From IMG/VR virus record IMGVR_UViG_3300010311_000130: a stretch of 64,000 bases of DNA; one strand, given 5' to 3'. Source of the stretch: a virus. Under the pieces are notes generated by a model that was given only the letters and a program-made list of their open reading frames with translations, had not been told where the DNA came from and made no database searches. A program made the position numbers and the translations under genes. Shown piece after piece: positions 1-8,580 of this stretch. The number at the start of each line of letters is the position of its first letter. Position 1 is the first letter of the stretch.

Positions 1-8
1 AGAATACG

Positions 9-749
9 ATGGAAATGAGGAATAAAATGGAACTATTCAATGCAGATGCATATAAAAAGGTTTCCGACTTGATAAAGGAGGGTGTAACCGTTAACCATAT
101 AATTACGGATCCGCCATATAATATATCGAAAGATAATAATTTTACTACTATGAAAAAACCAAGAGCTGGTGTTGATTTTGGCAATTGGGACAGGGGTGAA
201 TTTGATTTATATTCATGGATACCAGAATATGCGAAGATATTAGATAGAAATGGGTCAATGGTTATTTTTTGCTCATATCGATATATAAGCTACATAATTG
301 ATGCCTTAGAGTCAGATGATGCGGGTATGGTAGTTAAAGATGTATTGGTTTGGCAAAAATCAAATCCTATGCCACGAAATATACAAAGGCGTTATGTTCA
401 AGATATGGAATTTGCTGTTTGGGGCGTAAAGAAAAACGCTAAATGGGTATTTAATAAACCCGATGATAAACCATATTTAAGGGCGTTATTTAATACATCA
501 TTAGTTTCGGGAAGTGAAAGATTAGGTCATCCTACTCAAAAGAGTTTAAGGCTGATGGAAGATATAATTTCTATTCATACTAACCCCAATGATGTTATAT
601 TAGACCCGTTTATGGGTAGTGGTTCTACCGGAGAGGCAGCGATACGTCTTGGAAGAAAGTTTATTGGTATAGAATTTGAAACAAAATATTACGAGATGGC
701 AAGAAAGAGATTAGAAAACTTAAAACATTTGGAACTCTATTCAATTTGA
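9..749 (+). CDS. DNA methyltransferase, N6-A/N4-C family (beta-type motif order)
   Basis: Catalytic motif IV ITDPPY near the N-terminus and SAM-binding motif I ILDPFMGSGSTG near the C-terminus; HPTQK conserved segment. Confidence 0.93.
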   Translation: MEMRNKMELFNADAYKKVSDLIKEGVTVNHIITDPPYNISKDNNFTTMKKPRAGVDFGNWDRGEFDLYSWIPEYAKILDRNGSMVIFCSYRYISYIIDALESDDAGMVVKDVLVWQKSNPMPRNIQRRYVQDMEFAVWGVKKNAKWVFNKPDDKPYLRALFNTSLVSGSERLGHPTQKSLRLMEDIISIHTNPNDVILDPFMGSGSTGEAAIRLGRKFIGIEFETKYYEMARKRLENLKHLELYSI

Positions 750-806
750 GATTAAGAATAATAATATCTGAATCTCTGTTCCTGCTTATAAAGAAAGGAT
801 GGCATT

Positions 807-1376
807 ATGAATAGGTATCATCAAATAAACGGCAGATTCTTAATTGATATTGATGATTTAGATAGAGTGCTGGCTTATAAGTGGAGAAAATGGGACGAGT
901 TTTATGTCACAGGCAATGTTGATATTATACAGATTAATAGATTTATTTTAAATCCGCCCGATGATATGGTTGTAGATCATCAAGATGGAGACAGAACGAA
1001 TAATCGCAAATCGAATTTAAGAATTGTCACACAGGCTCAAAATTGTCAAAATAAAGCATTGTTAAGCACCAATCATTCTGAAATTATGGGTGTATGGTTT
1101 GATAAAAAAAGAAATAAGTGGTCGGCTGAAATAAAGATGAATGGAATTAAGTGTTATCTTGGTCGATATAATGAAAAATGTGATGCTGTGTATGCAAGAT
1201 ATAGTGCCGAAATAAAACTATTTGGGGAATATAGAAGTTTTAGAAATGATGAGGCAATAGCCAATCTTTCAAACCAATGTCAAAGCAAAGAAATTATATC
1301 GGATTATGTTAATAAACGCATACAAACAAAGTTTAAAATCGAAAAGGAGTGCGGATATGCTGAAGATAATCCCTAA
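807..1376 (+). CDS. HNH homing endonuclease with AP2 DNA-binding domain
   Basis: HNH core VVDHQDGDRTNNRKSNLRIVTQAQN followed by AP2-like GVWFDKKRNKWSAEIKMNG..YLGRY...A..AR..AE..LFGEY. Confidence 0.88.
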   Translation: MNRYHQINGRFLIDIDDLDRVLAYKWRKWDEFYVTGNVDIIQINRFILNPPDDMVVDHQDGDRTNNRKSNLRIVTQAQNCQNKALLSTNHSEIMGVWFDKKRNKWSAEIKMNGIKCYLGRYNEKCDAVYARYSAEIKLFGEYRSFRNDEAIANLSNQCQSKEIISDYVNKRIQTKFKIEKECGYAEDNP

Positions 1377-1554
1377 CCCAGATAAAGAGATGTATGAAGC
1401 AGTAACTAAGGAAGTCAAAGCAAATGACGGTTATTGTTGTTGTAGACTTGTACGAGACAAAAATACTCGTTGTGTATGTAAAGACTTCAAAGATCAGCAA
1501 ACAGAAGGCTTGTGCTACTGTGAACGCTTCATGAAGGTGAAAACCGATGCTTGA
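1357..1554 (+). CDS. Small Cys-rich protein, ferredoxin-thioredoxin reductase catalytic (beta) subunit-like
   Basis: Start re-assigned to ATG 1357 behind AAGGAG; NPD...V...K.NDGYCCC...CVC...GLCYC..F pattern parallels the FTR CPC/CPC/CHC layout. Confidence 0.65.
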   Translation: MLKIIPNPDKEMYEAVTKEVKANDGYCCCRLVRDKNTRCVCKDFKDQQTEGLCYCERFMKVKTDA

Positions 1555-1743
1555 AACAACGGTAATAGCCAATTCCAGTTCGATAAAAGTCTCATTTTAT
1601 GGCTGACCGCCAAAGGAGAAAGTGGAGCTATCTATTATGTGGTGAGTGACATCTTTCGCAACGAATATCAACTCTGGAAGGGGTCAAAGAAAACAAAATG
1701 GTCGAGTGATAATCCTCTCGATCTAAATAAATATATTAAATAA
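1547..1743 (+). pseudogene. Small hypothetical gene, apparently frameshifted
   Basis: ATG 1547 overlaps the upstream stop; that frame closes after 19 codons, but a neighbouring frame stays open (DKSLILWLTAKGESGAIYYVVSDIFRNEYQLWKG...KYIK) to TAA 1743. Confidence 0.45.
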
Positions 1744-1754
1744 GGAGAGTAAAA

Positions 1755-2012
1755 ATGGAAACAACGGCAGAACAGATTAAGAAACTGGAACAGGAACTTG
1801 CAGCCCTTAAAGAAAAGGAACGCAAAGAAAAGGAAGAAGCTCAGAAGAAAGCCGAGGCTGATAAGGACAAAGAATTAACTGCGATTAAGAACGCTATCAC
1901 GGCTTTTAATGAAAAGCATGATGAAACTTTCAAACTCATGAGGGATGACCTTGATATATGGCACGATAGTTTATTTGGCAAAATTGTTGAACATCGTTTT
2001 ATAGAGGTGTAA
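1755..2012 (+). CDS. Hypothetical coiled-coil protein
   Basis: AAGGAG RBS; E/K/A-rich heptad-like N-terminal half. Confidence 0.7.
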   Translation: METTAEQIKKLEQELAALKEKERKEKEEAQKKAEADKDKELTAIKNAITAFNEKHDETFKLMRDDLDIWHDSLFGKIVEHRFIEV

Positions 2013-2013
2013 T

Positions 2014-2607
2014 ATGAGTCTTAAACTTGCTTTCGACTTAGACTGTGTATGTGTAAATACAGTTGACTGTGTAATTAATTACATTAACGAGAGGTTGCCT
2101 GTCAACCTTAAAATAACAGATATAAAAGACTATAATATTGAATCTGCTTTGCCTGAACAATATCGGTGGATCGTTGAAGAAAGTTTTAACTCAGCAAAGA
2201 TGTGGAAGAACGTAACACTTCTTCCCAGTTGCGCTGAAAAATTAAAACAGTTATATGACGAAGAATATGAGATATGTTTTGCTACATCATCACTTCCGCA
2301 GAATCTACGCAAGAAGATAAATCATCTAACAAGAAACCTACCATTCTTCCCCGATGATTATGTGTGGCTGCACACTATTAATATTCATGACAAATACTTA
2401 CTCAATGTAGATATATTAACAGATGATTGCGTAAAACATATTATACATCCCGAAAGAAAATATTGGTCTTTGGCTTTTGATTATCCGTGGAACAATAAGG
2501 AAGAAGTGGATAGAACCCCATGTGTTACCAGAGTTCATAATTGGGATGAAGTGTATTCAGCTATAAAGATGATAGAGAGTTTGATAAAGGAGAATAACAA
2601 TGAATAA
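2014..2607 (+). CDS. 5'(3')-deoxyribonucleotidase (NT5C-like, HAD superfamily)
   Basis: HAD motif I AFDLDCV, motif II FATSS, C-terminal DILTDD and FDYPWN typical of phage NT5C-like proteins; sits next to dUTPase. Confidence 0.85.
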   Translation: MSLKLAFDLDCVCVNTVDCVINYINERLPVNLKITDIKDYNIESALPEQYRWIVEESFNSAKMWKNVTLLPSCAEKLKQLYDEEYEICFATSSLPQNLRKKINHLTRNLPFFPDDYVWLHTINIHDKYLLNVDILTDDCVKHIIHPERKYWSLAFDYPWNNKEEVDRTPCVTRVHNWDEVYSAIKMIESLIKENNNE

Positions 2608-3118
2608 ATTTGAGAAGATAAGCGAAAGGCAGTTCTTCATTGACTTTGCCGAGTATCTTGATGACGAGTGTTTAGATGTAAGGGACGGCAGAGCAATTTA
2701 TAATATGATTAAACTCCCAAAGAGAGCAACAACAGGCTCGGCTGGCTACGATATCTTTGCTCCATATAATATCACTATTCCACCTAAAGGCACAGTCAAA
2801 GTTCCCACAGGCATAAGAGTAATTCTTGACGAAGATAAATTCCTTGCGATTTATCCAAGATCGGGGCTTGGTTTTAAGTACAAGATGCAGATGTGGAATA
2901 CTATTCCGGTAATAGACGCAGATTATAGTGGCTCAGACAATGAGGGGCATATATGGGTAAAGTTCTATAATGACAGTCCCGATGGCAAGACAATTGCTAT
3001 AAAGCAGGGCGAAGCTATGTGTCAGGGAATCGTTCAGCAGTTCTTTACAACAATAGATGATGTTGCTGACGGCATAAGGAACGGCGGTATGGGCAGCACA
3101 AACTTTGGTGGAAGATAA
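2600..3118 (+). CDS. dut: Trimeric dUTPase
   Basis: Motifs RATTGSAGYDI, IYPRSGLG, VIDADY, QGEAMCQG and RNGGMGST. Confidence 0.95.
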   Translation: MNKFEKISERQFFIDFAEYLDDECLDVRDGRAIYNMIKLPKRATTGSAGYDIFAPYNITIPPKGTVKVPTGIRVILDEDKFLAIYPRSGLGFKYKMQMWNTIPVIDADYSGSDNEGHIWVKFYNDSPDGKTIAIKQGEAMCQGIVQQFFTTIDDVADGIRNGGMGSTNFGGR

Positions 3119-3189
3119 TGATTGAAAAGAATAAAACGAGTGGCGCAATTCCCCTGGCTTTAGACGGTGGGTAAGCCACAAAAAAATAC

Positions 3190-3218
3190 TTGACAACGTT
3201 AGAAATTAGTGTTATAAT
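3190..3218 (+). promoter_or_regulatory. Consensus sigmaA promoter upstream of tnpB
   Basis: TTGACA (3190-3195), 17 nt, TATAAT (3213-3218) with extended TG. Confidence 0.85.
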
Positions 3219-3234
3219 ATAATTAAGAAAAGAG

Positions 3235-4347
3235 GTGATAGTAGTGTTAAAAAGTTACAAGTTTAGACTATATCCCAATAAAGAACAGGAGTTGCTCATA
3301 CAAAAGACGTTTGGTTGCGTGAGATTCGTGTATAATCAATGTTTGGCATATAAGATAGACAAATATAAAACCGAAGAAGTGTCTTTGTCTAGGATAGATG
3401 TAAACAATTATAAGAATCGCACTCTCAAAACTGAATATGAATGGCTCAAAGAAGTTGATAAATTTGCCTTAGATAATGCTGTTATCAATCTTGATTCAGC
3501 ATATCAGAAGTTTTTTAGAGAACGCAAAGGATTCCCTAAATTCAAGAGTAAAAAAGACAATCGCAGGTCTTACAAGACAAATATCACAGGCTCAAATATC
3601 GAGGTTGATTTTGATAGTCGTAAAATCAAACTGCCTAAACTCAAATGGATAAAATCAAGAGGATTAAGATGTTTTGATGGCAAAATCAAATCAGCCACAA
3701 TTAGTCAAACTCCAAGTGGCAAGTATTATTGTTCTGTTCTTGTAGAACAAGAAGATTATAGTCCATTTGCTGAGACTGGTTGCGATGCGGGAATTGACCT
3801 CGGTATTAAAGATTTTGCTATCACATCAAACGGGGACAAAATATCAAATCCAAAATATCTTGCCAAGTCTGAAAAGAAGCTTGTTAAGTTGCAGAAACAA
3901 CTATCACGAAAGTCAAGTGGTAGTAACAACCGCAACAAAGCAAGAATAAAAGTAGCGAGAGTATGGGATAAAATTACTAATCAGCGCACAGACTTTTTGC
4001 AGAAACTTTCTACAGAGTTGATACGCAAATATGATGTAATCTGCTTGGAGGACTTGAACGTGGCGGGAATGGTAAAGAACCATTGCCTTGCAAAGTCAAT
4101 ATCAGATTGCTCATGGAGTGAGTTTGTGAGAATGTTGCAATACAAGGCTGATTGGTATGGTCGGACTATCTCAAAGATAGACAGGTTCTATCCAAGTTCA
4201 CAGACTTGCAGTTGTTGTGGTTATGTAAACCCTGAGACTAAAGACTTGTCTGTGAGAGAGTGGGTCTGTCCTGATTGTGGAGCAACACATGACAGAGATA
4301 TTAACGCCGCCAAGAATATCTTAAAGCAAGGATTATTAGCAGTCTAA
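3235..4347 (+). CDS. tnpB: TnpB RNA-guided endonuclease
   Basis: N-terminal YKFRLYP HTH; RuvC residues in GIDLG, LEDL and DRDINAA all present; Zn finger CSCCG...CPDCG. Confidence 0.95.
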   Translation: MIVVLKSYKFRLYPNKEQELLIQKTFGCVRFVYNQCLAYKIDKYKTEEVSLSRIDVNNYKNRTLKTEYEWLKEVDKFALDNAVINLDSAYQKFFRERKGFPKFKSKKDNRRSYKTNITGSNIEVDFDSRKIKLPKLKWIKSRGLRCFDGKIKSATISQTPSGKYYCSVLVEQEDYSPFAETGCDAGIDLGIKDFAITSNGDKISNPKYLAKSEKKLVKLQKQLSRKSSGSNNRNKARIKVARVWDKITNQRTDFLQKLSTELIRKYDVICLEDLNVAGMVKNHCLAKSISDCSWSEFVRMLQYKADWYGRTISKIDRFYPSSQTCSCCGYVNPETKDLSVREWVCPDCGATHDRDINAAKNILKQGLLAV

Positions 4348-4445
4348 TATACCATTAGTACGGTAGGAACTATCGGAATTTACGCTTGTGGAGTCTGAGG
4401 TTACGAGGACGTTGAAGCAAGAAGCCCTTTACAAAGGGTAGTTCA
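4348..4445 (+). ncRNA. Putative TnpB omegaRNA scaffold / IS right end
   Basis: ACGGTAGGAACTATCGGAATTTACGCTTGTGGAG...GAAGCAAGAAGCCC...GGGTAGTTCA resembles right ends of Bacillota IS605-type elements; boundaries approximate. Confidence 0.6.
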
Positions 4446-4676
4446 GTGTTATTATATTACCTGCTCCAAACATCGCTAAAATACCGTCTAAAATGCGTTG
4501 TAATGCCGTTGTATTGTTTTAAGGGTAATTACACCCCTGTTTGCTTGCAAGGGCGTTCTCGGCTCTTGTGGTGCTTGTGGGAGCGTGTTTTAGCAATCAA
4601 GGGCGGCTACGCCTGCGAAGTTACCGTTTAGGGACTTTTCAAAAATTTAACAAAGGCGGTTTGTGGCTTTATATAG

Positions 4677-4844
4677 GTGCAATATCATTCTATCTACAAA
4701 CAGGCATACCTTTGCGCTTTCAAGGTCAATGCTCTGATACTTGTTTTTTATATCGATGCAAGCGTAACATTCACTTACAATACATACGTGCATATTATCA
4801 ACGAGCAGAAGGCACAGGCTGTCAGACTGTTAGAGGATTTATAA
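4677..4844 (+). pseudogene. C-terminal remnant of a tyrosine recombinase (integrase)
   Basis: YHSI (frame A), RHTFA at 4702-4716 (shifted frame) and DASVTFTYNTYVHIINEQKAQAVRLL (frame A) match integrase box II H..RH / LGH.....T...Y.H, broken by indels. Confidence 0.55.
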
Positions 4845-4857
4845 GACGAAAAAAATA

Positions 4858-4895
4858 GGGTGCGTACCAAGTCAATTAAGACCTAATACGCACCC
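4858..4895. terminator. Bidirectional intrinsic terminator between convergent gene blocks
   Basis: 9-bp stem GGGTGCGTA/TACGCACCC with an A-tract upstream and a T-tract shortly downstream. Confidence 0.7.
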
Positions 4896-4943
4896 CATAA
4901 TTATTTTTTGGTGAATATTTTCTTTATCTTCTGCCATAAACTA

Positions 4944-5315
4944 TCACTTGTAGACGTTGATTGTGTTGCTCTTGTTGTTTTCTTTCTCCAATAACGTTTC
5001 TTCTTCTCCGTGTATTTCTGCCCCATTAGTTCTTACCTCTTTTCCATCTGGCAGCATCACGACATTTTGCCCGCCGCAATCCTGTTCTATCTGTATTTCG
5101 GTTTCCTCGACATATTCAAATCCGTCAATGAATTTTTGTGTTCTGATTACTGTGCAGACCAGCACAAAGATGCATATTACCATGACAGTGAATATGAGGA
5201 CGAATGCAATTGTTAGTCTTATTAATACTTTGTCAAATATTTGCTGTGTCATCATATAATGGTCTTTCCACTTTTGGTTTTCGCATACCTTGCAATCGGG
5301 GGACATCAGTATCAC
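4944..5315 (-). CDS. Lysis-module membrane protein (one TM helix)
   Basis: Hydrophobic stretch LTIAFVLIFTVMVICIFVLVC; last gene of the lysis cassette. Confidence 0.65.
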   Translation of the reverse strand: MILMSPDCKVCENQKWKDHYMMTQQIFDKVLIRLTIAFVLIFTVMVICIFVLVCTVIRTQKFIDGFEYVEETEIQIEQDCGGQNVVMLPDGKEVRTNGAEIHGEEETLLEKENNKSNTINVYK

Positions 5316-5316
5316 C

Positions 5317-5538
5317 TCACTTCAAGATAAGCTTCATTATTGCGGCGATTATCGCAGTTCCAACTGCGCCTAATTCAGCAGCATTAATTTTAATCAACAT
5401 ACCGAGTCGTGTGTTGATTTTAGCTTGTGAAATGGTGAGTTCACTGATTTCTCTTGCTGTGTCAGCGTGGCGATCATTACAGTCGTCCTTGCGGACATAG
5501 ATGTTATCAAGTTGAGCCAAATCTTCGGGTGTCAACAT
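5317..5538 (-). CDS. Small holin/hemolysin-like membrane protein
   Basis: AAGGAGG RBS; coiled N-terminus plus C-terminal hydrophobic helix; directly downstream of the endolysin. Confidence 0.55.
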   Translation of the reverse strand: MLTPEDLAQLDNIYVRKDDCNDRHADTAREISELTISQAKINTRLGMLIKINAAELGAVGTAIIAAIMKLILK

Positions 5539-5553
5539 AAAAGCCTCCTTTCT

Positions 5554-6360
5554 TTAGTTGTATAATCTATCCCAAGCTGCATTACAAATAGCTTGAATAG
5601 TCTTATCACCAGCTATGCCATCTTCTGTTCCTGCGTCATAGCCTTTATCATTAAGAATTTTCTGGATAACTTTTATAAACTCTCCCTTTTCGCCTTTCTG
5701 AACATTATGCTTTTTAAGGGCAGAAAGTGTCTTTTCGCCAATCACTCCATCAACCACAAGATTTTCGCCCATTTTATTAAGAACTGTCTGCAATTGTTTT
5801 TCAAGGCTTTCCTCTGCGAGTGGTTCAGCTTTGAAATAATCGCTACGCTTCAAACCATAGTAATCCCAATATGTTTGTGGTTCACGAATGATACTGCCCG
5901 AAGTGCCACCTTTAACCATCTCGTCGCCTAACCATTTCATTCCGCCGTGATTCTCGGGCGTTCCTACGTCGCAATGAATATAAGATGATGTAATTCTTCC
6001 AATGCCTGTAAATCCGATTTCCTGTGCTATGCAAGCTATGAGCCTGGCATCTATTGCTTGATTATCATAAGTTATTTGAAAGTCCATAGCTTTGCCCAAA
6101 GCGTGCATTCCAAACCCGTTGCCCCCGACGTTAACGTCGTGCATTTTACAGCGATTTGCAGAGCTAACATTGATATGCACCTCGTCAGCAGAAACGCCTT
6201 TAATAGCAGCAATTGTGGATATCAACTTCTCAATCTTGTCAATAAGATCAGTGTTGACCGTTATGTTGTGTGTTCCACCACATTTGCACCGTAATTCCTG
6301 TGCGTTAAGATGTGGAGATAATTGCTCTTTTGAGTTGTAAGGTAATACATATACGCTCAT
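5554..6360 (-). CDS. Endolysin: peptidase M15A-type domain plus peptidoglycan-binding domain
   Basis: R..MH...GG....MHALGKAMDF and YIHCDV Zn-peptidase motifs; C-terminal LVVDGVIGEKT / DGIAGDKT PG-binding repeats. Confidence 0.88.
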   Translation of the reverse strand: MSVYVLPYNSKEQLSPHLNAQELRCKCGGTHNITVNTDLIDKIEKLISTIAAIKGVSADEVHINVSSANRCKMHDVNVGGNGFGMHALGKAMDFQITYDNQAIDARLIACIAQEIGFTGIGRITSSYIHCDVGTPENHGGMKWLGDEMVKGGTSGSIIREPQTYWDYYGLKRSDYFKAEPLAEESLEKQLQTVLNKMGENLVVDGVIGEKTLSALKKHNVQKGEKGEFIKVIQKILNDKGYDAGTEDGIAGDKTIQAICNAAWDRLYN

Positions 6361-6381
6361 AATTTACTCCTTTCTATTACA

Positions 6382-6591
6382 CTATTCATCTTTTCCACCT
6401 TGTTTTCCTGTCTCAGTTTTATTGTTTTGATAACTAAAAAAGAATGTGAATGCCATTGTGCATACCGTAAGATAGTCCTTTACCTCTACCTTGCCCATCA
6501 AATAAGAGATAGACAAGCAAACGGCAAATAGCAGACTAATAAGACTTTTTACGTCAATAAGCTTACAAAGTTTTTGCCAAAACATTTTCAT
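6382..6591 (-). CDS. Putative holin
   Basis: 69 aa, two hydrophobic helices, charged C-terminus, immediately upstream of the endolysin. Confidence 0.7.
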   Translation of the reverse strand: MKMFWQKLCKLIDVKSLISLLFAVCLSISYLMGKVEVKDYLTVCTMAFTFFFSYQNNKTETGKQGGKDE

Positions 6592-6701
6592 ACGATCACT
6601 CCTTTCATTTAGTTTTTTATATAAAAGGTAACATCATCTTGTCACCTGAATTTCCGTATTTGAGGGGGGCGATGGCTGTTGCACCACCACCCCTTATTTA
6701 A

Positions 6702-6788
6702 TTACTTCATTTCCATCATGAGTCTTTCAAATTTCTTACGAGTTGCTTCATCGGGAGCTTCATCCATAAGCTCCTCGAATCTATCCAT
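6702..6788 (-). pseudogene. 28-codon ORF, probable C-terminal remnant of a larger phage gene
   Basis: MDRFEELMDEAPDEATRKKFERLMMEMK starts 12 nt after the RT stop without a good RBS; followed by a GC hairpin at 6665-6693. Confidence 0.3.
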
Positions 6789-6800
6789 AAAAATATAATT

Positions 6801-7826
6801 TTATTCAATTGCCTTATTAATCATATCATCAATCTCTTTTATAGCTTTATAAGCATTGCCTTTAGCTAAATGTGCTTTCATAGAATTAATGATTTGCAGA
6901 AGATGTTCTTTTGTTATCTTATTTGTTTTGTATGCTTTTATAAGTCTTTTAATTTTATGCCTACGTTTAGTATATCTTTTCTTGTCAGGTAACATAAGAA
7001 CTTTGCCTGTATCAGTAATTTTATATTTCCAATGCAGATACATGATACCGTGTTTTATCTTCTGTAATACAGTTTTGTTATTTAATTCAAGGTCAATCCC
7101 TGTGAGATATGCTTCTATATACTCTTTAGCTTCAATTAATTGTTCTTTACTTTCGCTTACCAATATAAAATCATCCATATATCTTGTATAGACCTTTATA
7201 TGTAATTTCTCCTTTATAATATGGTCAAGCTCATCGAGATAGAATAAAGCTAATAATTGACTGACCTGACTTCCTAAACCAAGCCCTCTATCACCAAAGC
7301 TATCAATTATCATGTATACCATATATAGGATATGTTCATCGTCAATGCGTTCCGCAAGTTTATCCTTTAATATATCGTGATTGATACTTTCAAAGAAATG
7401 ATGTACGTCACACTTTAGATAATAACCATCATTGCCATGTTTACGGTAATACTTCTGCAATTGTCTTTTAAAATCATTTAATACAAATGTAGTTCCTTTG
7501 CCTTTCTGACAAGCTCCATTGGAGTGTATAAAGGATTTTGTAAGTAAATCATATAGAGTTGTATCACACACACTTCTTTGTATCTGCCTGTCTCTGATTT
7601 TTGTTGCTGTTATATGCCTTAACTTAGGTTCATAAATGGTAAAGTTCTGATACTCAGATAACTTATACTTGCCAGACTTTATATCTCTTAAAGCCTTTGC
7701 AGTATTCTTTAAACCATTCATTTCAAACTGTGTTACAGATGTTTTCCATCTTACATTCTTACAGCACTTCTTCAATCCCTCATACATATTTTTAAAGTCA
7801 AGATATTCTTGTTCCAATATTATCAT
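6801..7826 (-). CDS. DGR reverse transcriptase
   Basis: YMDDF catalytic motif, GLGSQVSQLLA (DGR-type SQ motif), LKCDVHHFFESI, RDRQIQ; start moved to ATG 7826 behind GAGGAAG; adjacent to TR and avd. Confidence 0.95.
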   Translation of the reverse strand: MIILEQEYLDFKNMYEGLKKCCKNVRWKTSVTQFEMNGLKNTAKALRDIKSGKYKLSEYQNFTIYEPKLRHITATKIRDRQIQRSVCDTTLYDLLTKSFIHSNGACQKGKGTTFVLNDFKRQLQKYYRKHGNDGYYLKCDVHHFFESINHDILKDKLAERIDDEHILYMVYMIIDSFGDRGLGLGSQVSQLLALFYLDELDHIIKEKLHIKVYTRYMDDFILVSESKEQLIEAKEYIEAYLTGIDLELNNKTVLQKIKHGIMYLHWKYKITDTGKVLMLPDKKRYTKRRHKIKRLIKAYKTNKITKEHLLQIINSMKAHLAKGNAYKAIKEIDDMINKAIE

Positions 7827-7985
7827 CTTCCTCACTTGTGGATAGCGAAGTATCTCGTAAGAGACACCTCGCATCAAGTGTTAATTTTGTTGGCATTTCT
7901 GCCAAACAGGTTAATCTTTCCTTGCAAAAATGGTACGACTTTCACTTTCGTTACTCGTTCTGACCAAGTTCATTATTTCTGTAAT

Positions 7986-8092
7986 CCGCCGCCGAACCGT
8001 TAGTATTGTTAGCATTGTTGTTGTTCAAAGCACCAGACGTGTTCACGTTGCGTACATTGTTAGCGTTAGTAGGGTTAGGAGTACGCAGCCAC
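7986..8092 (-). repeat. DGR template repeat (TR), 107 nt
   Basis: Aligns without gaps to 8644-8750; contains 13 AAC/AAT codons and 31 adenines; lies between avd and RT. Confidence 0.96.
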
Positions 8093-8129
8093 TGGCTGTT
8101 TTTCAAAGATTAACCTATATAAAACGTGT

Positions 8130-8549
8130 TCAGATTTTAAATTCTTCTGAAAAGCGTTTTGTATCATATCTTCGCCAAGCACTTACTTTGTCCTCGGCAT
8201 CTTGAAGAAGGTTACACCATGTCTCGATTTTATCTGACGGTATACAATATGATTCATATGCCACTGTCATTAATCCCCATAACGCATCAAAATGTAGAAG
8301 CACATCAAATTGCAGTTTCAGTCTGAATTTAGCTTGTTCTTTAGTTTTCGCCTGTATCTTGTTTGCCTGACGTATTTCTGTAAGACTATCAAGGCAATTA
8401 TCAGCTATCTTACTGGCAAGATTCCAACGGCTTTTCTTTGGGAATAGTTTTTCGTTCTCAATCATCTGCATAGTATATTTGACCATAGCCAATGTTTTGA
8501 CGTATGCATCCAATTTGTTTTCTGAACGTTTGTGTAATGGTACTGACAT
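8130..8549 (-). CDS. avd: DGR accessory variability determinant (Avd-like helical protein)
   Basis: 139 aa, basic and helical, MSV...KR....L / FPK..RW.L..I pattern; canonical position between target and TR. Confidence 0.85.
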   Translation of the reverse strand: MSVPLHKRSENKLDAYVKTLAMVKYTMQMIENEKLFPKKSRWNLASKIADNCLDSLTEIRQANKIQAKTKEQAKFRLKLQFDVLLHFDALWGLMTVAYESYCIPSDKIETWCNLLQDAEDKVSAWRRYDTKRFSEEFKI

Positions 8550-8580
8550 ATATACTTCACCTTCTTACTGTTGTGTGTTT

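Larger units (their letters stand above)
3140..4445 (+). mobile_element. IS200/IS605-family element, tnpB-only (IS1341-type)
   Basis: Left-end hairpin GTGGC..CCCCTGGCTTTAGACGGTGGG..GCCAC (3140-3179), tnpB, right end GAAGCAAGAAGCCCTTTTACAAAGGGTAGTTCA; no tnpA nearby. Exact left boundary uncertain. Confidence 0.8.

Noticed and set aside
1552-1554. TGA stop-codon recoding (frames stay open after TGA at 1552 and 53783)
   Set aside because: The standard code already gives dense, full-length genes and many genes end in TGA; a frameshift or deletion explains both cases.
3119-3235. IStron (group I intron fused to the IS605 element)
   Set aside because: Only ~115 nt lie between dut and tnpB, no intron core is present, and no gene is interrupted.
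4541-4858. 105-aa ORF downstream of tnpB
   Set aside because: TTG start without RBS; the recognisable integrase motifs lie in the other two frames.
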